DNA from: a virus | Lineage: Duplodnaviria; Caudoviricetes | Direction: 5' to 3' (one strand) | Length of the DNA stretch: 32,297 nt | Virus record (IMG/VR): IMGVR_UViG_3300029825_000758 | Location: 1 to 32,297 of that record | Shown here: piece by piece, positions 1 to 8,072 of the stretch | How the letters are laid out: every line of letters begins with the position of its first letter | How positions within the stretch are numbered: position 1 is the first letter of the stretch | The notes under the pieces: generated by a model | What the model saw: only the letters and a program-made list of their open reading frames with translations | What the model was told of the DNA's origin: nothing | Databases searched by the model: none | Made by a program: the position numbers and the translations under genes

Positions 1-936
1 ATGAATGTTTTAACGAATATAACGAGTTTATTATCGACGGAAAAGGAGTCTTTAACTAATGGACTATATCAATTAAAATTGCTTGCCTCAAGAATTAGAA
101 ATAAAGAATTATTGAGTTGGATAAATAAAGAGTTAAACGGATATGAGGACGATGACAATCTTCCTGAATATCGTATAGCTCCCGCATTGCTACAAGGAAC
201 GTATTCTAACGGTTTCTATTCAATACGGGATCAGATAATATCTACCCTTCATTTTCCAGAAGAATTAAAAGAGAATCTCAACAAAATAAGAATAAAACAG
301 GGTATATCAATTATTGAGGATGCTGCAAAAAATAAAGAAGACACTATCGCTTTTGTAGTTCCAAGCGAAATTAGTGCATTTATTATGCAAATTATTAGAG
401 ACCATAACCCTACCTATAAGTTATATTCCCTGTTTGATACTCGTCAAGTCACAAGCCATACGGTCTATAAGAATATTCTTATAAAGGTTCGGAATCATGC
501 TTTGGATTTGGCTCTAAATTTAGAAACAGAAATGGGATATGAAGTTGAAATAGAAGAGATAATAAAAAATAGAAACGAAGCAAACCAAATAATTCACAAT
601 TACCTTACACAGAATATCACAAATATCGGAGATGGAAATCTAATAAATACTGGAGACAGTAATACAATTTATCAAAAGCCCACTATACAGAAAGGAAATT
701 TCGATCAGTTAAGAGACGAATTAAATCAATTAGGTTTAGAAAAATCTGATATTGAAGAATTATACCCAATAATAAATAGCGAAAACACAGAAAAGCAGCC
801 TAAACAACTTAACGAAAAAACTCAAAGTTGGATAAAGAAAATGTCAAACAAACTTATAAAAAATGGTCGAAAGATAACAGTAGAACTGGGCATTTCTATT
901 TTAACGGAACTAATTAAATCATATTTGGGATTCTAA
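1..936 (+). CDS. AbiTii-domain protein (putative abortive infection/defence)
   Basis: N-terminus LTNGLYQLKLLASRIRNKELLSWINKELNGYEDDDNLPEYR matches the AbiTii pattern; GDGNLINTGDSN low-complexity linker; AT-rich; the start is at the window edge. Confidence 0.75.
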   Translation: MNVLTNITSLLSTEKESLTNGLYQLKLLASRIRNKELLSWINKELNGYEDDDNLPEYRIAPALLQGTYSNGFYSIRDQIISTLHFPEELKENLNKIRIKQGISIIEDAAKNKEDTIAFVVPSEISAFIMQIIRDHNPTYKLYSLFDTRQVTSHTVYKNILIKVRNHALDLALNLETEMGYEVEIEEIIKNRNEANQIIHNYLTQNITNIGDGNLINTGDSNTIYQKPTIQKGNFDQLRDELNQLGLEKSDIEELYPIINSENTEKQPKQLNEKTQSWIKKMSNKLIKNGRKITVELGISILTELIKSYLGF

Positions 937-960
937 CTCAATAAAAATGAATTATAAAAC

Positions 961-991
961 AAAAAACGCGAACAGTCTGCTCACGTTTTTT
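961..991 (-). terminator. Rho-independent terminator downstream of the methyltransferase (possibly bidirectional)
   Basis: Minus-strand RNA AAAAAACGUGAGCA-GAC-UGUUCGCGUUUUUU pairs fully with two G-U wobbles; lies between convergent genes. Confidence 0.75.
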
Positions 992-1020
992 ACACCCGTT
1001 AAACACAGTTTAAATCCTCA

Positions 1021-1845
1021 TTAAACGTGCATTTCAAATAAATTCAAAGCTTGTTGACTGATCGGCGTGGCATAATTGCAGGTGATCCATTCTTCCTGTT
1101 TACGCCTGTTTTCCTTGCAGGCAGATATCTGTCGCTCTACCGAATGAATAACCCAACCGTTTTGCTCGGCATATAACTGAATATTGTCATTCGGGTACAT
1201 CGTAAGCATGAATTTGCCCTGAAGGGTGACGCATAGTTGTAATAATCTCTCGAGATCCGCATCATCGAACATGCCGGTGTAATGGCCCATGTCGGAACCG
1301 ACATACGGCGGATCAATGAAATGAAACGTCTCGGGAGTATCATACCGGGTAATAACACGGAAAGCGTCATCGTTCTCAATCGTGGCTATCTCGAGCCGCT
1401 TACGTAACTCGACCGTGAAGGCTTCCTTGGCGAAATCGACTTTCCGAGCCTGACGGCCTTCGGACTTATCGAAGCCGAACGAGTTGCTGAACTGCCCGGC
1501 AAAGCCCAATTTACTCAATACAAATACTGACCAGGCACGCTGAATGTTGGTAAAGTCATCGGGATGGTTGTATATGAACCAGGCACTTTCGTGCTGCGTT
1601 CGACTGTGCAGCGTCCGGTTAATCTCCCGTTTCAGTTCTTCATAATTACAGACAATCGTCCGGTAAAAGTTGATGAGTTCGCCGTTCAGGTCATTGATCA
1701 CATCCATCTGCGATGGCTGCTTTTCAAAGAAAACAGCCGCGCCGCCGGCAAACGATTCACAGTAGATCGTATGCGCCGGGATCAGCGGCATGATGTGCTT
1801 CAGCATGTTTTGTTTGCCGCCATAATATGTAATTGGAGTTTTCAT
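1021..1845 (-). CDS. D12-class N6-adenine DNA methyltransferase (Dam-like)
   Basis: YYGGK, ESFAGGAAV (SAM-binding motif I), INDLN, DPPY catalytic motif. Confidence 0.95.
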   Translation of the reverse strand: MKTPITYYGGKQNMLKHIMPLIPAHTIYCESFAGGAAVFFEKQPSQMDVINDLNGELINFYRTIVCNYEELKREINRTLHSRTQHESAWFIYNHPDDFTNIQRAWSVFVLSKLGFAGQFSNSFGFDKSEGRQARKVDFAKEAFTVELRKRLEIATIENDDAFRVITRYDTPETFHFIDPPYVGSDMGHYTGMFDDADLERLLQLCVTLQGKFMLTMYPNDNIQLYAEQNGWVIHSVERQISACKENRRKQEEWITCNYATPISQQALNLFEMHV

Positions 1846-1867
1846 ACTGTAATTTTTAAAAGTGTAG

Positions 1868-1895
1868 TTTGTTTCGTTTATTTATTGTATTTTTG
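1868..1895 (+). promoter_or_regulatory. Bacteroidota sigma70-type promoter pointing away from the methyltransferase
   Basis: TTTG (1868-1871), 16-nt spacer, TATTTTTG (1888-1895) = TAnnTTTG; the spacer is shorter than the typical consensus. Confidence 0.5.
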
Positions 1896-1899
1896 TTTC

Positions 1900-2030
1900 T
1901 CTCACGTCATAATAAAATAGGTGCACACACACCATAAAGGCATAAGCCTCTGTCTTGGTGTGTGTGCACCTTTATCGTTTCAACCGGTGACGTGAGAAAT
2001 TAGCGGTTGGCGAAGGCGGGGGCTTTTTTA
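1900..2030 (+). ncRNA. Putative structured small RNA, antisense to the methyltransferase leader
   Basis: Perfect 16-bp stem 1919-1934/1956-1971; 10-bp stem 1900-1909/1988-1997; 6-bp stem 1981-1986/2004-2009; 13-bp pairing 1944-1956/2013-2025 with three G-U pairs; U-run 2024-2029; upstream promoter. Confidence 0.6.
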
Positions 2031-2041
2031 CGCCTGCCCCC

Positions 2042-3685
2042 TCAAACGGGTGATAAACCTTCACATAAGATTGGAAATGAAAAATAAAAATATCCAGATA
2101 AAGCATCTGTGTCTACGTGCAATCCTACAGGCTCATAGGCTGGTGGCTGGGAATAACCAAATACTCGCACCCATTTTTCTTTATTGTCGTTGGACATAAA
2201 CAGAGGTATATACATCCCCTCTATAATTGAAATTGAGACGTATGTTCCGTCAAAACCCGCTGGAATATATATCCAGGCCGACGCTGAATATTTCTTAAAT
2301 CTATCTGCTATTACATCTGACAAAATTGAGAACCTTCTGACATAATTATCATTCACTATTTCTATTTTTCGAGCACTTTGTTCAGTTGTATAGAGACCCG
2401 GCTGATGAATATCAGTCTCAACAATAGACATGGTATTCATATTTATTGTAACATTGTCATACCATGGCCCTGATATTTTATTATTAAATTTTCCGATTTT
2501 CAAAAGATCATAATCGCCCATTATTTTTGAGACTTCCCCTCCAGGCGAGAAATTTATTTCATTGCCAAGTCCACAGTCTTGTATAGGGTAATCAGAATAA
2601 CGAACCGATCCCGTAATTTGATAGTCTCTAAAGCTACCCCTATAATCAATCATATTATATTTTGAAGTAGCTTTAAGAAGAATTAATTTTGCCGTTGTAT
2701 TGGTATCTCCTATCTCTACCCTGTTTCCTTCCCCTTCTATAATCATCATGTAATCTTGTGGCTGATCAGCATAATTCCAGTGCCAGTCACAATTAATGAA
2801 TTTATTTTTTGAATCAAGTACAAACCACGTCTTTTTAAAATCAGCATGTAATAAATTGAACCTCTCAAATCGACAATTCTGAAAAGTATTATTATTTCCT
2901 ACATATTGGGTATTACTTGCAGGTTCAATATCTATATTTATAAAAAGGTTTCTTTCTGAGCCGACGCCTCTTAAATCAAGAGAGGAATTCCTAATAACGC
3001 CATTATAAAAAGTATTACCATTTGAGCCTCCAACAGTTTTTACCCCCCGATAATTTGATTGAGAAAAATAATTTATAAAGCTATTGAGATATGACTCTTC
3101 TAAAATCAAGGCATCTAAGAAATTTTCTATATATACATCATAAAATAAAGAAGAGTGCATATGACTGCACAATACGCCTATCCCTTTCATTGTATCATTT
3201 GGAAACGAAACGTCATTAACTATATTTATTATTCCTAATTGAGAAATATCAAATTTGGAAATTGATAAATCAGAAATGATGCTTGTGTACTTAAGAGCAG
3301 CATTATTATGATTTATTCTTAAAATTGAATTTTTTGACCCGTCACCCTGTATTTGGATACCGTCTAATTCTATAGATAATGTATCTGACAATACATAGTT
3401 GCCAGTCGGGATGTATAATTTACCAGTGCCCATATTTTTGAGAAAGGCAATGGCTTTTTTAAATGCAATCGTATCATCATTGCTATTATTCCCTATTGCA
3501 CCAAACCATTTTACATTAAGACTCGAAGAATAAGCCCTTCTATAATACAGGCCCCGCTTTTTTCGATAAATAACGCCATCGCATTTTTCATCGTTCATTT
3601 CAGTCCCATCATGCCATGATTGGGTTTGTTCATAGTTGACGTTTTCTTTTGTGTGACTGTCTAAGAGTTTAATAATTTGTGCCAT
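2042..3685 (-). CDS. Tailspike/receptor-binding protein with pectate-lyase-3-like beta-helix (putative depolymerase)
   Basis: LNVKWFGAIGNNSNDDTIAFKKAI...LYIPTGNYVLS...IQGDG motif, Asn-rich beta-helix repeats, last tail gene; start reassigned to ATG 3685 (MAQIIK), just after the upstream stop. Confidence 0.85.
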   Translation of the reverse strand: MAQIIKLLDSHTKENVNYEQTQSWHDGTEMNDEKCDGVIYRKKRGLYYRRAYSSSLNVKWFGAIGNNSNDDTIAFKKAIAFLKNMGTGKLYIPTGNYVLSDTLSIELDGIQIQGDGSKNSILRINHNNAALKYTSIISDLSISKFDISQLGIINIVNDVSFPNDTMKGIGVLCSHMHSSLFYDVYIENFLDALILEESYLNSFINYFSQSNYRGVKTVGGSNGNTFYNGVIRNSSLDLRGVGSERNLFINIDIEPASNTQYVGNNNTFQNCRFERFNLLHADFKKTWFVLDSKNKFINCDWHWNYADQPQDYMMIIEGEGNRVEIGDTNTTAKLILLKATSKYNMIDYRGSFRDYQITGSVRYSDYPIQDCGLGNEINFSPGGEVSKIMGDYDLLKIGKFNNKISGPWYDNVTINMNTMSIVETDIHQPGLYTTEQSARKIEIVNDNYVRRFSILSDVIADRFKKYSASAWIYIPAGFDGTYVSISIIEGMYIPLFMSNDNKEKWVRVFGYSQPPAYEPVGLHVDTDALSGYFYFSFPILCEGLSPV

Positions 3686-3689
3686 ATTT

Positions 3690-4292
3690 CTAAATGTCAA
3701 AATAGTTATCGGTAAAATCCATGGAAGTAATCGAATCGAGTTGCCCCATATAGGTCCAGCCGGATCCAGTCCATGCGTATATCTTGCCATTATCCAGATC
3801 GCCGGTATCTGCCGGGTTGGATATCGCGGCCAGTTCGCCAATTTGCAGCGGCTCCCCGGTACTTTCGTTCACAGGTGAATCATCGGCCTGCATATCGGCA
3901 ACGGAGGCGTAAAAACAGGCTATTTTCAACGAAGAAAGGTTCTCCTTTAACCATATCAGGCTGTCGTTGTACCGGAACACCAAATCCCATCCAGGTTCGA
4001 GATATCGGTATACGCCGTTATTGGCACTCACCGGATCGCTCGTAACGGATACCGTCTGTCCATGTTTCAACGGCTTGCCGTCGGTACCGACCGGAGCCTT
4101 ATCGGCTTCCATATCCGCTTTCGTGGCATAACTGCCGAGTATGGCCATCGAGGCGGCATTATAGTCCACGCCCTTTGTTTTGCCAAGCATGTCCTTCATC
4201 AGGTCGAATGTTTCTTCCGGAGAGATGGACATACGCCCCGTTCGCGATTTCAATTCTTCTATTCTTTCTTCCAATTCTGTATAAGTTGCCAT
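3690..4292 (-). CDS. Tail fibre/adaptor protein with an internally duplicated domain
   Basis: Position between baseplate and tailspike; two copies of Y-x-[ST]-x-ADM-x-AD-x2-PV...G-x-PL-x2-G...NG...GW. Confidence 0.6.
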   Translation of the reverse strand: MATYTELEERIEELKSRTGRMSISPEETFDLMKDMLGKTKGVDYNAASMAILGSYATKADMEADKAPVGTDGKPLKHGQTVSVTSDPVSANNGVYRYLEPGWDLVFRYNDSLIWLKENLSSLKIACFYASVADMQADDSPVNESTGEPLQIGELAAISNPADTGDLDNGKIYAWTGSGWTYMGQLDSITSMDFTDNYFDI

Positions 4293-4298
4293 AATGTT

Positions 4299-4559
4299 TT
4301 AATAATACGGTTCGTTGGTTTGTACTTCACTAATATTCAGTCCGAATTCCTGTAATTCTACGTATGCAATGAAAGCAGACAGACGGGATTGATATAGGCT
4401 CACTGCCATCATCGAGAATGTTTCCGCATCAATTGCCGGATAATCCGTTCCATTATACGAGAATGCCTGCATTCCGTAATAAGTGCGCGGGTACCCTTCC
4501 GCCATGTCGCCGGAGAGCGTTTTTGTAACTTTTAATGTCAAACTGCGTTTCTTTGCCAT
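4299..4559 (-). CDS. Hypothetical tail-region protein
   Basis: Tightly packed co-oriented ORF in the baseplate/fibre cluster, A-rich start context. Confidence 0.7.
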   Translation of the reverse strand: MAKKRSLTLKVTKTLSGDMAEGYPRTYYGMQAFSYNGTDYPAIDAETFSMMAVSLYQSRLSAFIAYVELQEFGLNISEVQTNEPYY

Positions 4560-4563
4560 ATCG

Positions 4564-5334
4564 TTAATACTTTAAATCATAAAAATGATGTTCATCTACC
4601 TCAGGAGAAAACGTCACGTCCTGAATCCTTATCACGAGTGAATTGTTATTGTAATATTTCTCGTTAATATTCTTAATCAGCCAATTTTCGCCGGAAGCAA
4701 GAACAAGTGTCTCTTCTATAGGGATTGTAATTGTAGTAAAACTATTAAAAACTTTTAATGAAACTGTAAATTCCAAGTCACTTGTTACAGGCTCCGATGC
4801 CTCAATATTTATCGCCCATCCGCGCGTAAGCTCCGGAAATTGTCCGTATGCCATATTATTCCAAGTCAAACTGAGATTTAACTCTATTCCACGCGAGTCG
4901 ATGTATTCAGTCCATTCTGCTGAATACTCTTCTATTAGATGCTCATCGGTATGACTAAGCCAAGTAACCGAGAATGCCGCATCGCCCAGCTTAAACAAGT
5001 ACGACTTGCCGGCAAGTTTATGCTTATCGATAAACTCGCGTATGGCATTCAGGTCGGTACTTCGGTCGATGGAAATAAGGAAGTCATACGGCTTGCCGTC
5101 TAACTCGGTTAGTTCTGCCACACAGTCGAAGGTGCGTTCAATGGCGTGGATCAGGGAGATCACCTGCGGGGATACGCTTGCCTCGTAACGTGATTTCATC
5201 CGCCACAGATGGAACTTGACGAATAGCTGCTGCAAGGGTTTCGCAACCAATACGCGCAGGAAGGCGAGTATACGGTCTTTGCGCAGAAAGGTCGGCAAAA
5301 GTTGCTCTATCAGTTTGTAAAAATCTATTCTCAT
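4564..5334 (-). CDS. Baseplate wedge protein (gpI/gp48-like position)
   Basis: Follows the baseplate J-like gene with a 4-nt overlap; IDFYKLIEQLLPTFLR N-terminus and ...HKLAGKSY motif typical of this position. Confidence 0.65.
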   Translation of the reverse strand: MRIDFYKLIEQLLPTFLRKDRILAFLRVLVAKPLQQLFVKFHLWRMKSRYEASVSPQVISLIHAIERTFDCVAELTELDGKPYDFLISIDRSTDLNAIREFIDKHKLAGKSYLFKLGDAAFSVTWLSHTDEHLIEEYSAEWTEYIDSRGIELNLSLTWNNMAYGQFPELTRGWAINIEASEPVTSDLEFTVSLKVFNSFTTITIPIEETLVLASGENWLIKNINEKYYNNNSLVIRIQDVTFSPEVDEHHFYDLKY

Positions 5335-6161
5335 ACCGTGTAAGTTATTATTGTATGATCGATGTCAAAGTCGAATGACCCGCCGGGTGATTCGATGTTC
5401 TGCGAGGTGACCGCCTGCCCGGCGATCCGGACTTCGTTCAGGATCACGTCCGACACGCCATCCGCCTGCTGGATGGCATCTGTTAGCTTCGTCCGGTTAA
5501 ACACGCCCCCATAGATGATATTGTCCAGATAATTGGATATCGCCTCTTCCACCGGCTTGCCGCCTCCGGACAAGCGGTTCCCGTCCATATCGAGCACCAT
5601 TGCATTTCGGACTACCTGGAGGGTAAATTCGAGCGATGTCGGAGCCTGGGAGATGATCTCGAAGTGCGTACCGGCCGCGCCGATTTCGGTGATGTATGCC
5701 CGGAAGGCTTCCAGTTCCGACGCCGATAATGGTTGCCTGTCGTCTTTGGAAACATAGATGCGCAGTTTCGTAACGCCTTCAACCTCTAACTGTCTAACCG
5801 CAGCAAACCGGATAATTTGTGATTCTTCATCCACTTCGGGATATTCAAACCCGTATGTGAGGGGATTAAACTTGACGAAATGGCCCAATTGAAAGGCCAT
5901 CGAACGGGTGTGGTACCAGGGAATGGAGCACACGGCATTCTTCGTAATAGCCGCATCAATATCGGACTGATGCCGGTTCATAAGCGATTCAAGCGTGAAG
6001 ATCGCGACGGCAACGATATACGTCAATATTGCCTCGATGCTCACTTTCGAGAATTGCTCATCGAAGGTTTTCGATCTATCAAGTCCATACATCTGCTGCA
6101 ACGTTGAATTCGCCACAAAATCGGCGCGGATTGCTTGTACTATTTCGTTAAGAGTCCTCAT
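5331..6161 (-). CDS. Baseplate J-like wedge protein
   Basis: C-terminal AISNYLDNIIYGGVFNRTKLTDAIQQADGVSDV typical of baseplate J; synteny. Confidence 0.75.
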   Translation of the reverse strand: MRTLNEIVQAIRADFVANSTLQQMYGLDRSKTFDEQFSKVSIEAILTYIVAVAIFTLESLMNRHQSDIDAAITKNAVCSIPWYHTRSMAFQLGHFVKFNPLTYGFEYPEVDEESQIIRFAAVRQLEVEGVTKLRIYVSKDDRQPLSASELEAFRAYITEIGAAGTHFEIISQAPTSLEFTLQVVRNAMVLDMDGNRLSGGGKPVEEAISNYLDNIIYGGVFNRTKLTDAIQQADGVSDVILNEVRIAGQAVTSQNIESPGGSFDFDIDHTIITYTV

Positions 6162-6430
6162 GCGAACGTGTTGTTAAAAATGTCCTCGAAAATCTGACCT
6201 TTGTCCGTGATGTTCGTCGCCGGTTTAATGGCGTTTCGTTCGTAATAACCGGCTATGGATTTGTTTACCGTGGCCGATGCTTTTATCGTATTGAGCACAT
6301 CGATATCGTCCGTCACAGAAATATCATTCCCGGCGGCGATATCAATGGCCGCCTCGGTGCTTCCAGCCGTCTGCACGGCAATGTCGAATACCGACTGTCC
6401 TTCTAAAGCCTGAATGTCCTTTTTAGCCAT
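6158..6430 (-). CDS. LysM-like/tail X baseplate protein
   Basis: GQSVFDIAVQTAGS...IAAGNDISVTD LysM-like pattern; start reassigned to MAKKDIQ at 6430. Confidence 0.7.
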   Translation of the reverse strand: MAKKDIQALEGQSVFDIAVQTAGSTEAAIDIAAGNDISVTDDIDVLNTIKASATVNKSIAGYYERNAIKPATNITDKGQIFEDIFNNTFA

Positions 6431-6924
6431 ATCCTGATTATTAGTGTCAACGCGGCTCCGGCAAGGATAGCAACGATGTACGTCCATACCGGCGGGCGCG
6501 TGGTAGTTGTTATTTTCTCCGAGAGCGAAGCATCCAGCTTCGTCCGAAGCTGCGAAGTAACGAGTGTCAGGCGATCAATTTTGTCCTGTTGTTCGCTGAT
6601 GATACGCTCATTCTGTTCATTGATGACTGCGATATCATTCAGCGTTTCGGTCGTGCGTTCGCGAGTCTTATGTTGCCGGCCGGTCGAAGAATCCGGAGCG
6701 GAATATTGCGTATCGGTCTGGCGGGTAACGCTTTTATCGGACACGTTTGTCCTTGCATCTTTCATGATGTTGTCAATTCGCTTTTGCGATCCGGACTCCT
6801 TTACCGTTACATCGACATTCGAGACCTGATCCGTTTTGAACGCCTGTCGCTTATCCGTTTTTATCGTTCCGCAAGCTGTCAGCAGGAACACCCAAACGAG
6901 TAGCAGTATCTTCTTTTGCTTCAT
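6403..6924 (-). CDS. Putative unimolecular spanin (lipoprotein with C-terminal TM helix)
   Basis: Signal peptide with lipobox LTAC; C-terminal hydrophobic WTYIVAILAGAALTLII followed by a basic tail; located in the lysis cassette. Confidence 0.7.
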   Translation of the reverse strand: MKQKKILLLVWVFLLTACGTIKTDKRQAFKTDQVSNVDVTVKESGSQKRIDNIMKDARTNVSDKSVTRQTDTQYSAPDSSTGRQHKTRERTTETLNDIAVINEQNERIISEQQDKIDRLTLVTSQLRTKLDASLSEKITTTTRPPVWTYIVAILAGAALTLIIRIWLKRTFRL

Positions 6925-7279
6925 GTTGAATCTCCGTTTTAATTTGTTCTACAATAGCCTCCATGTTCTCGGGGGTGATCTTATCGAGCAGTTTCATGAT
7001 CTTCGTATTGATACGATTCAGCCGGTTGACTTCCTTTCGTAGCTTTTCCAACTCAACCAATACCAAGTCATATTTCACGCTCATATCTGTTGCAAGATCA
7101 CGCCAGATCTTTATTGCACTGTCCACATTGTCAATCTCGGTTGTTTTAGCTTCCGCGCGGGCTTTTTGTGCATCCGCCTCGGCTTTTGTTTTGGTTGCCC
7201 TGAGGGTTACAACCGTAACGATAAGACTGCCTCCCAAGCCAACATTTAGGACAATGGACAATATTTCAAACCAATTCAT
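6851..7279 (-). CDS. Putative holin (single N-terminal TM plus coiled coil)
   Basis: Hydrophobic N-terminus ILSIVLNVGLGGSLIVTVVTL; lies between endolysin and spanin. Confidence 0.6.
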   Translation of the reverse strand: MNWFEILSIVLNVGLGGSLIVTVVTLRATKTKAEADAQKARAEAKTTEIDNVDSAIKIWRDLATDMSVKYDLVLVELEKLRKEVNRLNRINTKIMKLLDKITPENMEAIVEQIKTEIQHEAKEDTATRLGVPADSLRNDKNG

Positions 7280-7284
7280 AACCG

Positions 7285-7725
7285 TTATTTTGAAAAGTAT
7301 ACATCACTCTCGGCCTTCCGGCGACGGACTAATCCGGGCAAGACCGTGAGCACACCGTTTACACGCGCTTTATTCCATCTTTCGAACTCGCCGGCTATCG
7401 ACGGATCATTCGTATTTACCCGGACTTTCTTCAGTAAGGTTGAACGGGTAAAATTGCCCGATCCCACGTTGAAGACGAAACTTACCAGGGCATCGAATTG
7501 ATTTTGCGACAATGGCAAGCTGAGCGCATTAATAACCTTTTCGGAGGCGGCAAGATCTTCCCGCAAAAATTGCTCTCCCTGTCGCTCCGAAATCGTGTCG
7601 CCCGGCTTCACGCCTTTGGTATGCCCGTAGCCGATCGTCGGGATGCCCGCCGGGCACAAATAGGCTTTCGGCCGAAAGCCTTCAAATTCTTTTATCAGGG
7701 CAATGCCCCGGGTTGATGTTTTCAT
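7285..7725 (-). CDS. Endolysin, GH24 phage lysozyme
   Basis: IKEFEGFRPKAYLCPAGIPTIGYGHT, QFDALVSFVFNVG, GLVRRRKAE; Cys at the usual catalytic Asp position (E-x8-C-x5-T). Confidence 0.95.
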   Translation of the reverse strand: MKTSTRGIALIKEFEGFRPKAYLCPAGIPTIGYGHTKGVKPGDTISERQGEQFLREDLAASEKVINALSLPLSQNQFDALVSFVFNVGSGNFTRSTLLKKVRVNTNDPSIAGEFERWNKARVNGVLTVLPGLVRRRKAESDVYFSK

Positions 7726-7748
7726 AAATCAATTCCTTTCACTTTTTG

Positions 7749-8072
7749 TTATTTGTACTCGGCATTTACTTGAATATTTTGTCCCGAAATTTCCAGATGG
7801 TTTATTTGCATTCCTTCAATATCCAATTGCTGTCTGATTTTATGTTTATACAGCAAGTAATCGTGATCTAACAACATATTTCCGATACCGACACCCACTA
7901 CAGGATTTTCTTTCAATTCACCGGGATGCATCGTTAAGATGGAAGCAATATTTTGTTTTGTTATATCGCCGATCTGAACTCCCTGCAAAATCTTCCCATT
8001 CGAATCGCGGAGAACAAGGATATCTAAATCATTCGTTTCCATATTCAATAATATGCCTGTTTCTTTACCCAT
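7749..8072 (-). CDS. gp25/gpW-like baseplate protein
   Basis: GELKENPVVGVGI motif, 107 aa, follows the spike gene. Confidence 0.7.
   Translation of the reverse strand: MGKETGILLNMETNDLDILVLRDSNGKILQGVQIGDITKQNIASILTMHPGELKENPVVGVGIGNMLLDHDYLLYKHKIRQQLDIEGMQINHLEISGQNIQVNAEYK

Noticed and set aside
937-1020. Possible Mu-type right end (terminal CA with transposase-binding repeats)
   Set aside because: No convincing end repeats, and the other end is outside the window, so it cannot be compared
1137-1920. Alternative ORFs 1137..1379 and 1564..1920 overlapping the MTase
   Set aside because: Shadow frames of a well-supported gene with no recognisable motifs
1900-2030. CRISPR mini-array, tRNA or DGR template repeat as an explanation of the hairpins
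   Set aside because: No direct repeat-spacer pattern, no cloverleaf, no reverse transcriptase and no matching variable repeat seen
3686-3841. 52-codon upstream extension of the tailspike ORF, and a G GAT TTT heptamer (3714-3720) suggesting an adaptor-tailspike fusion
   Set aside because: The tailspike is in the +1 frame and the -1 frame stops within three codons; a good ATG lies 4 nt after the upstream stop
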